Positions 59,024 to 64,000 of a DNA stretch of 64,000 nt are shown one piece after another (the stretch's first letter is position 1; each line of letters starts with the position of its first letter). The DNA is from an uncultured Lentimicrobiaceae bacterium (lineage in GTDB: Bacteria > Bacteroidota > Bacteroidia > Bacteroidales > F082). The stretch spans positions 100,155 through 164,154 of the forward strand of contig CAYXCZ010000002.1 in NCBI GenBank assembly GCA_964463695.1, written 5' to 3'. The position numbers and the translations under genes were made by a program. The notes below the pieces were generated by a model. That model was not told the DNA's origin, ran no database searches, and saw only the letters and a program-made list of their open reading frames with translations.

Positions 59024-59731
59024 TTATAGTGTAATAATCATCGTGTTAAAATTTTTCTTTAAAGTGCGGTTATTGGTACCTCTGATAGCTACCCAAATGA
59101 TATCGGACAGCCAGATTGCTACACCAGTGCCAATTAGCAACTCTGCATCGTTACGAAAAAATTTGTATTTCACTTCGCCAGTTTTCCATATATTTCCATT
59201 ATCAGTGTAGCTTGGTTCTGTTTGATAACGTTGGTTGGAAGCATAAATTCCGGCCGAGAGGAAAGCTGCAACAGCGGCAGTTCGCATATACGGTTTGATA
59301 CGCTGATAGTGCGTTTCTTCAACAAAATAGTTACCCAAACCGGGCACAACTATCGAAAGAAAAGCAGCTTCAGGTCCCATCCCGAAATCATGAGATGAGG
59401 AGTTTCCAATAACAACAAAAGGTGAAAGCAATTTATCTTTCTTCCATGATTTCTCGTTTATTTTCCAACTTATGTGATGCTGTTTTCCCGGCTGAAACAA
59501 AAACAAGGTATCCGGATTAACATTTTCAGGTTTATAAATATGCAGGTCCTGGTCGAAAAAGTAAAGTTGAGCTGTAGTGGGTAAAGTGGCATGCTTTCCG
59601 CCAAGAAAAAATTCAACGGAAAGCGTGTCGAAACGGATAGAAAGGTCAACATCGCTTATTCTGTAGCTTTGATGTTGAGCATATATCAGCCATGGCTGAA
59701 TACCAATCAGCAATAGAAATATCTTTCTCAT
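59024..59731 (-). CDS. Hypothetical secreted/membrane protein (C-terminal DUF5683-like hydrophobic region)
   Basis: It has a signal peptide (...WLIYAQ). The C-terminal part has PGLGNYF and two or three hydrophobic helices. Its start overlaps the upstream gene by 4 nt. Confidence 0.5.
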   Translation of the reverse strand: MRKIFLLLIGIQPWLIYAQHQSYRISDVDLSIRFDTLSVEFFLGGKHATLPTTAQLYFFDQDLHIYKPENVNPDTLFLFQPGKQHHISWKINEKSWKKDKLLSPFVVIGNSSSHDFGMGPEAAFLSIVVPGLGNYFVEETHYQRIKPYMRTAAVAAFLSAGIYASNQRYQTEPSYTDNGNIWKTGEVKYKFFRNDAELLIGTGVAIWLSDIIWVAIRGTNNRTLKKNFNTMIITL

Positions 59732-60471
59732 GGTTGTGCGGATTTAGTGTTGTAAAAATTGATAAGCAGAACCAAATCGTCCAATCTCCGATAGTTTAAT
59801 TTTTGGTCTCGCGCAAAAGTGATGAGCTCTTTCTGATTAGCTGCAGGGAAATATCCAAGAAAGTTTTTTCTGCCCTTTTTCAAAGGAACAGCTTGTTTAT
59901 TTGGTTCAGGCTGAATGTAATAAGATAGAACTTTGGCAAACGACATCTTTTCTTCCACTTTAATGCCTAATTGTATATTGCCGGAAGAAGCTTTCGATTC
60001 GTCGACCCTTAATGTGCGTTGCATAAGTAGTTTTACTGGCCCTGATTCTGTTAGAACTTCAAAATAATCAGAGCCTGCATAGGGTTGACCTAGGTGATCT
60101 TTGATAAAATAGCTATAAATAAATGATTTTTTCCCCATCTTTACTTCGTTAAGCATAAGTGGGTTGGTAATTAAAACTGAATCGTTTCCAACAATCATTT
60201 CCATTTCGTGCCGGTACAAGTCGAGGCGCAACTGACCTTCCCATTTGATGGAATCAGAGAAAATGATGTATCCTGGTTGCCAGTTTTCATCAAGATAAGG
60301 GTTGAGCCACGACTGCCTCGATTGGGTGATGGGTTTGATGAACGACATCGAAAAAGCCTCTGAATTGCGCGTGACATAAATTGTCGACACCTGCGAAATG
60401 CCATCAGGCATGAAAAAACAACCTGAAACAATCAGGAGCAGCCCTTTAAATATCTTTTTAACATGCTTCAC
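59728..60471 (-). CDS. Hypothetical secreted protein, a distant paralogue of the ORF at 22174-22917
   Basis: It has a signal peptide and the same length (247 aa). The two ORFs share landmarks in the same order: NPYL..., an internal hydrophobic-G-K/D-x-F motif, and a C-terminal K-x-R/K-x-FL-x-x-F...L...K...R. Confidence 0.5.
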   Translation of the reverse strand: MKHVKKIFKGLLLIVSGCFFMPDGISQVSTIYVTRNSEAFSMSFIKPITQSRQSWLNPYLDENWQPGYIIFSDSIKWEGQLRLDLYRHEMEMIVGNDSVLITNPLMLNEVKMGKKSFIYSYFIKDHLGQPYAGSDYFEVLTESGPVKLLMQRTLRVDESKASSGNIQLGIKVEEKMSFAKVLSYYIQPEPNKQAVPLKKGRKNFLGYFPAANQKELITFARDQKLNYRRLDDLVLLINFYNTKSAQP

Positions 60472-60602
60472 ACATCGAAATTTTAGAAAATAAAAACCGG
60501 ATCATTCAGCTTGCAGGCGAGCTAACAACCAAAAAAGCGACCGAGGAGCAAAAGTAGCTAAAATATAATTGATCAAATGATGTGAACGGCCTCAAAATGG
60601 CT

Positions 60603-60610
60603 TAATTTTG
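60603..60610 (+). promoter_or_regulatory. -7 box (TAatTTTG) upstream of ppa
   Basis: taattttg lies 19 nt upstream of the ATG at 60629 and 46 nt upstream of the alternative ATG at 60656. Confidence 0.4.
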
Positions 60611-60628
60611 CGGGATTAAGAACGTTGA

Positions 60629-61324
60629 ATGTTGAAACCAGCTAAACAAAGAAATATGTCAAAAATAATGGATCCCATTGGCCGACTGATGGGTTTAAGG
60701 TATAAATCGCACCCATGGCACGGGGTCGAAATCGGCAATGAAGCGCCTGAGGTGTTGATTTGTTTCATCGAGATGGTACCTACCGATACCGTGAAGTATG
60801 AGGTTGACAAAGTATCAGGTTACCTCAAATTAGACAGGCCACAGAAATACTCCAACGTTGTGCCTGCGTTATATGGGTTTATTCCACAAACTTTTTGTGC
60901 TGCACGAGTTGCAGAATACTGCAATGAGAAAACGGGAAGAAAAGATATATTAGGCGATCGTGACCCATTGGATATCTGCGTGTTAACAGAGAAAGACATC
61001 ACGCATGGCGACATTCTTGTAAGGGTACGGCCGATTGGTGGTTTTCGTATGATTGACGGAAATGAGGCAGACGATAAAATTGTTGCCGTATTGAATAATG
61101 ATGCTGTCTACGGCACTTACAAAACCATTGATGATTGCCCCGAATTGGTTGTGAATCGGTTGAAGCATTATTTTCTTACTTACAAGGACCTGCCGGGCAA
61201 AGAAAGCAAAGTAGAAATAACACATGTATACGGAATCGAAGAAGCTCATGAAGTTATTCGCAGATCGATGGAAGATTATCATCATAAATTTGACAACCTC
61301 GATGTGTTCCTTTCAGAAGTTTAG
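60629..61324 (+). CDS. ppa: Inorganic pyrophosphatase (family I)
   Basis: It has the motifs HPWHGVEIG, KYEVDKVSG and GDRDPLDICVL. The start may instead be the second ATG at 60656 (MSKIMDP). Confidence 0.9.
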   Translation: MLKPAKQRNMSKIMDPIGRLMGLRYKSHPWHGVEIGNEAPEVLICFIEMVPTDTVKYEVDKVSGYLKLDRPQKYSNVVPALYGFIPQTFCAARVAEYCNEKTGRKDILGDRDPLDICVLTEKDITHGDILVRVRPIGGFRMIDGNEADDKIVAVLNNDAVYGTYKTIDDCPELVVNRLKHYFLTYKDLPGKESKVEITHVYGIEEAHEVIRRSMEDYHHKFDNLDVFLSEV

Positions 61325-61346
61325 TTGAAGGATTCATTACAAGACA

Positions 61347-61386
61347 TAAAAAAACCTGTTGCAAATCAATGCAACAGGTTTTTTTA
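61347..61386. terminator. Bidirectional rho-independent terminator between ppa and the yceI-like gene
   Basis: The sequence aaaaaaacctgttgca aatcaa tgcaacaggttttttt has a perfect 9-bp stem flanked by an A-run and a T-run. Confidence 0.8.
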
Positions 61387-61401
61387 TGTGATTGTTATCG
61401 A

Positions 61402-62058
61402 TTATTTTGCAGCCTTGAGGGTTACATCAAAAGCAATTTCATCTTTAATAAGATTGTTTTGCAAAAAATCTTTAATGCCTTGTTCGGTTTTTGTACCACC
61501 CCAAACAACACCCCATTCGTTGCGGTTGATGAGGAACTTTGCGCTGGCTTCAGCCATAGCATCGGTGATGGTAACTTTAGCCGGGAATGAAATTCCGTTG
61601 GTAACATCTTTGATAGTCAGGTTACCTGAAATTTTGTGTGTTGAACCATCTTGCATTGGTGCAGCTTCCACGGCTGTGATTTCAAATTTTGCGGTTGGAT
61701 AGGTTTCTGTCATGAAAAAGTCGCCACTTTTAAGGTGACCTTCCAGTTTGAGTTTACCATCATCTTCGGTAAGATCCAAAGATACAATGCTGTTCATGTC
61801 GAGGGTAAAACTACCTGCATCCAGTTGACCATCTTTTACAGCTAATGAGCCTTCGCTGATGTTAACAGTTCCAAAATGAACAGTTTCAGTGATTTTAGCG
61901 CCTTCCCATTTTACTGCGCTGGCACTCTTGTCAACGGTAAAAACGGTAGCCTCAGCGGCGGTGGTTTTAACATCTTTAGCTTCTTCGGCTGTTTTTGGTG
62001 CCTGATTGCAAGCTGAAAGGAAAATTACTGCGGAGAAAACATACAATAGTTTTTTCAT
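61402..62058 (-). CDS. YceI-family lipid/polyisoprenoid-binding lipoprotein
   Basis: It has the lipobox FLSAC and the YceI-like pattern (VKWEGAKI...HFGTV...G....D....G.F..DM.S). It is 218 aa long. Confidence 0.8.
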   Translation of the reverse strand: MKKLLYVFSAVIFLSACNQAPKTAEEAKDVKTTAAEATVFTVDKSASAVKWEGAKITETVHFGTVNISEGSLAVKDGQLDAGSFTLDMNSIVSLDLTEDDGKLKLEGHLKSGDFFMTETYPTAKFEITAVEAAPMQDGSTHKISGNLTIKDVTNGISFPAKVTITDAMAEASAKFLINRNEWGVVWGGTKTEQGIKDFLQNNLIKDEIAFDVTLKAAK

Positions 62059-62083
62059 AGGTTACTTAATTAAGTGATTAATT

Positions 62084-62091
62084 TACTTTTG
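62084..62091 (+). promoter_or_regulatory. Possible -7 box (TActTTTG) upstream of hemW
   Basis: tacttttg lies 132 nt upstream of the preferred ATG at 62223. Confidence 0.3.
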
Positions 62092-62222
62092 TTTCATCAT
62101 ACATGCGCCTGACAACCGAAACTGATGCTGAAAACGGATAGTTTTCAGGAGACTTCATGTCAGGTGCAGTATGCCAAATAAACACGCTATCGTTTTTTTT
62201 GTTCAAATACATTTCGTTTTTT

Positions 62223-63359
62223 ATGGCCGGAATTTATCTTCATATACCGTTTTGTAAGCAGAAATGCCATTATTGCAATTTTTTTTCAACTGCTTCACGT
62301 AAGCAATTGCCTCATTTTGTCGATGCTTTACTGAACGAGATGGATGCCCGAAAAGCATATTTGGATGATCAGACAGTTGATACAATTTATTTTGGAGGAG
62401 GTACCCCATCGATGCTTTCACATCAGGATTTGATTACCATAGAGCAGAAACTGAGAAGCATTTTTAGGATTTCGCCCGATGCCGAAATAACGCTGGAAGC
62501 AAATCCTGATGACATTAGCACGCATTATCTTGATGGATTAAAGGCCACCTTTGTTAACAGGTTGAGCATGGGGGTACAGAGTTTCTTTGCTGACGACCTT
62601 ACCTATCTCAATCGTGTACACAGCGCCAAACAAGCTATTGAAGGTATTAAAATGGTGCAAGATGCAGGATTTGATCGCATTACGATTGATCTTATTTATG
62701 GAATCCCAACCTTGACAGATGAAAAATGGATTCAAAACATCCAAACTTTCCTTGAAACCGGGATAACACATCTCTCGGCTTACGCTCTGACGGTAGAATC
62801 AAAAACTGCACTTGCGCATTTGATTCTCAAAGGTCAGCTGGCGGCTGTTGATGAAGTGCAGAGCGCACGTCACTTTGAGCTTTTGCTGAAAATGATGGAA
62901 GAAAATGGCTTCAGTCATTATGAAATCTCCAATTTTGCCATACCGGGACATTACTCCCGACACAACAGCATTTATTGGCTTGGAGGACATTACCTGGGAT
63001 TTGGCCCTTCGGCACACTCCTTTAACGGTTATTCGAGGGAATGGAATGTTTCGAACCTTGGAGAATATATAAAAAACTCAGGGTCAAATACATGTGTCGA
63101 AGAAAAAGAGATCCTGACAGTTGTTCAACGCTTCAATGAATATGTTATGACATCGTTACGGACCTCCTGGGGATGTGATTTGGAGCATATCAAGAACGGA
63201 TTTGGACCGACCTATAGCTCATATTTGGTGACAGCTACCCAAAAACACATTGACAATGAGCATTTGATCCGAAAAGGCATGAAATTTTACCTCACCAACA
63301 AGGGGAAACTCTTTGCCGATGGCATTGCTTCTGATCTTTTTATCGAAGAAAGTTTATGA
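62223..63359 (+). CDS. hemW: Radical SAM heme chaperone HemW (oxygen-independent coproporphyrinogen-III-oxidase-like)
   Basis: It has the CxxxCxxC motif (CKQKCHYCNF) just after the start I chose (MAGIYLHIPFC), plus a HemN_C-like C-terminus. Confidence 0.9.
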   Translation: MAGIYLHIPFCKQKCHYCNFFSTASRKQLPHFVDALLNEMDARKAYLDDQTVDTIYFGGGTPSMLSHQDLITIEQKLRSIFRISPDAEITLEANPDDISTHYLDGLKATFVNRLSMGVQSFFADDLTYLNRVHSAKQAIEGIKMVQDAGFDRITIDLIYGIPTLTDEKWIQNIQTFLETGITHLSAYALTVESKTALAHLILKGQLAAVDEVQSARHFELLLKMMEENGFSHYEISNFAIPGHYSRHNSIYWLGGHYLGFGPSAHSFNGYSREWNVSNLGEYIKNSGSNTCVEEKEILTVVQRFNEYVMTSLRTSWGCDLEHIKNGFGPTYSSYLVTATQKHIDNEHLIRKGMKFYLTNKGKLFADGIASDLFIEESL

Positions 63360-63512
63360 ATGTCCTCCAACCACAATGCGAATTATTTTGAGGTTGAGGA
63401 TAAAGAAACGTAAGGCCTGCCATGGTACAAAGCTTCTCCAGAAGCGTGTAGCCCGTGTTGGGACCGGCGGGTATGATTCTTCGCTGTAGGGGGTTATCGT
63501 TTTATTACTCAT
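63354..63512 (-). CDS. Possible small ORF (52 aa) downstream of the SQR-like gene
   Basis: My own translation gives MSNKTITPYSEESYPPVPTRATRFWRSFVPWQALRFFILNLKIIRIVVGGHS. It starts 42 nt after the upstream stop on the same strand and has an amphipathic/hydrophobic C-terminal half. It is below the size cut-off of the ORF track. Confidence 0.3.
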   Translation of the reverse strand: MSNKTITPYSEESYPPVPTRATRFWRSFVPWQALRFFILNLKIIRIVVGGHS

Positions 63513-63554
63513 AATAATTAAGTGTATTGATTTTGTAATGAATTTTAATAGGGT

Positions 63555-64000
63555 TTATTCTGGCAACAACCACCAGAAAGGATAGCCTTTGGCTTTGTGT
63601 AAAAACATATAATGCATGAACCATTTCATCCAGTGCCCCGCCAGTCCGGCCTCTCCCATAGTGTATCTGATACTGCGGCCATATTCGGGATAAGTGTTGA
63701 AATCGGGAACGATAGGAAAAACAGTCATTGTTGCAGCAGCACCTGAAGTCATTCCATAGCCGGCAGAAACAATGCAGGCAGCTCCCATTTTCCCCATGCT
63801 GGCTCGGTGTTTCAATTCATGCTCGCCTTTGTTGACAAGGTTAATAATGTTCAAGGCGGTAATTTTCCCCATAACACCTGAAGGCATCCCTGTTCGGGGT
63901 GGTGTTGGGAATATGGATAATCCCGACTTACTTGTCATTGGTTTTGAGATGCTGTGAGGAGGCGCAAAAGCGATTCCCGGAGCGAAAATATTTGGGTATG
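63555..64000 (-). CDS. FAD-dependent pyridine-nucleotide-disulfide oxidoreductase, sulfide:quinone-reductase-like; 3' part only, with the gene running off the right edge
   Basis: The reading frame stays open upstream of the listed Met all the way to position 64000 (...YPNIFAPGIAFAPPHSISKPMTSKSG...). The NIFAPG(D/I) motif and the amphipathic C-terminal tail (GLAGHWMKWFMHYMFLHKAKG) are typical of SQR-type flavoproteins. Confidence 0.6.
   Translation of the reverse strand, partial: YPNIFAPGIAFAPPHSISKPMTSKSGLSIFPTPPRTGMPSGVMGKITALNIINLVNKGEHELKHRASMGKMGAACIVSAGYGMTSGAAATMTVFPIVPDFNTYPEYGRSIRYTMGEAGLAGHWMKWFMHYMFLHKAKGYPFWWLLPE

Overview
This window looks like a chromosomal segment of a Bacteroidota-type genome. 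The diagnosis rests on gene content: a GldH-like lipoprotein, a UpxY/NusG-like antiterminator next to wza-wzc, CarboxypepD_reg TonB-dependent receptors with a DUF4249 partner, a MurF-Alr fusion, a split ATP synthase locus, and many TAnnTTTG -7 promoter boxes just upstream of gene starts. I support about 58 protein-coding genes and found no rRNA, tRNA, CRISPR array, transposase, integrase or recognisable defence gene. Most of the window is housekeeping: dnaG, pgk, pdxA, murF-alr, rpmF-plsX-fabH, ileS-dksA-lspA, atpDC, atpBEFHAG, ferritin, ppa and hemW. Envelope loci lie between these genes: an EPS export module (wza, wzc, upxY, epimerase), a cluster of glycosyltransferases plus a lipid kinase, a four-gene TonB-receptor operon, and an OprC-like copper receptor. 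The strongest candidate for an undescribed system is a tightly coupled minus-strand operon at about 35.0-42.7 kb. It encodes an AraC-family regulator, a PqqD-like small protein, an ATP-grasp ligase, an Orn/DAP-family PLP decarboxylase, a urea-transporter-like membrane domain fused to an M23 peptidase, a TPR plus beta-barrel outer-membrane protein, and a secreted TPR protein. I know of no characterised pathway with this combination. Other notable items are a Wzc tyrosine kinase whose C-terminal tail is GG(GY)14Y, an adenylase-carrier-acyltransferase tri-domain protein, and a DksA-like protein that keeps one of the four zinc-finger cysteines. Coordinates of small motifs that I located by hand (promoter boxes, hairpins) may be off by 1-2 nt. 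CDS ends follow the supplied ORF track, with starts revised where stated.
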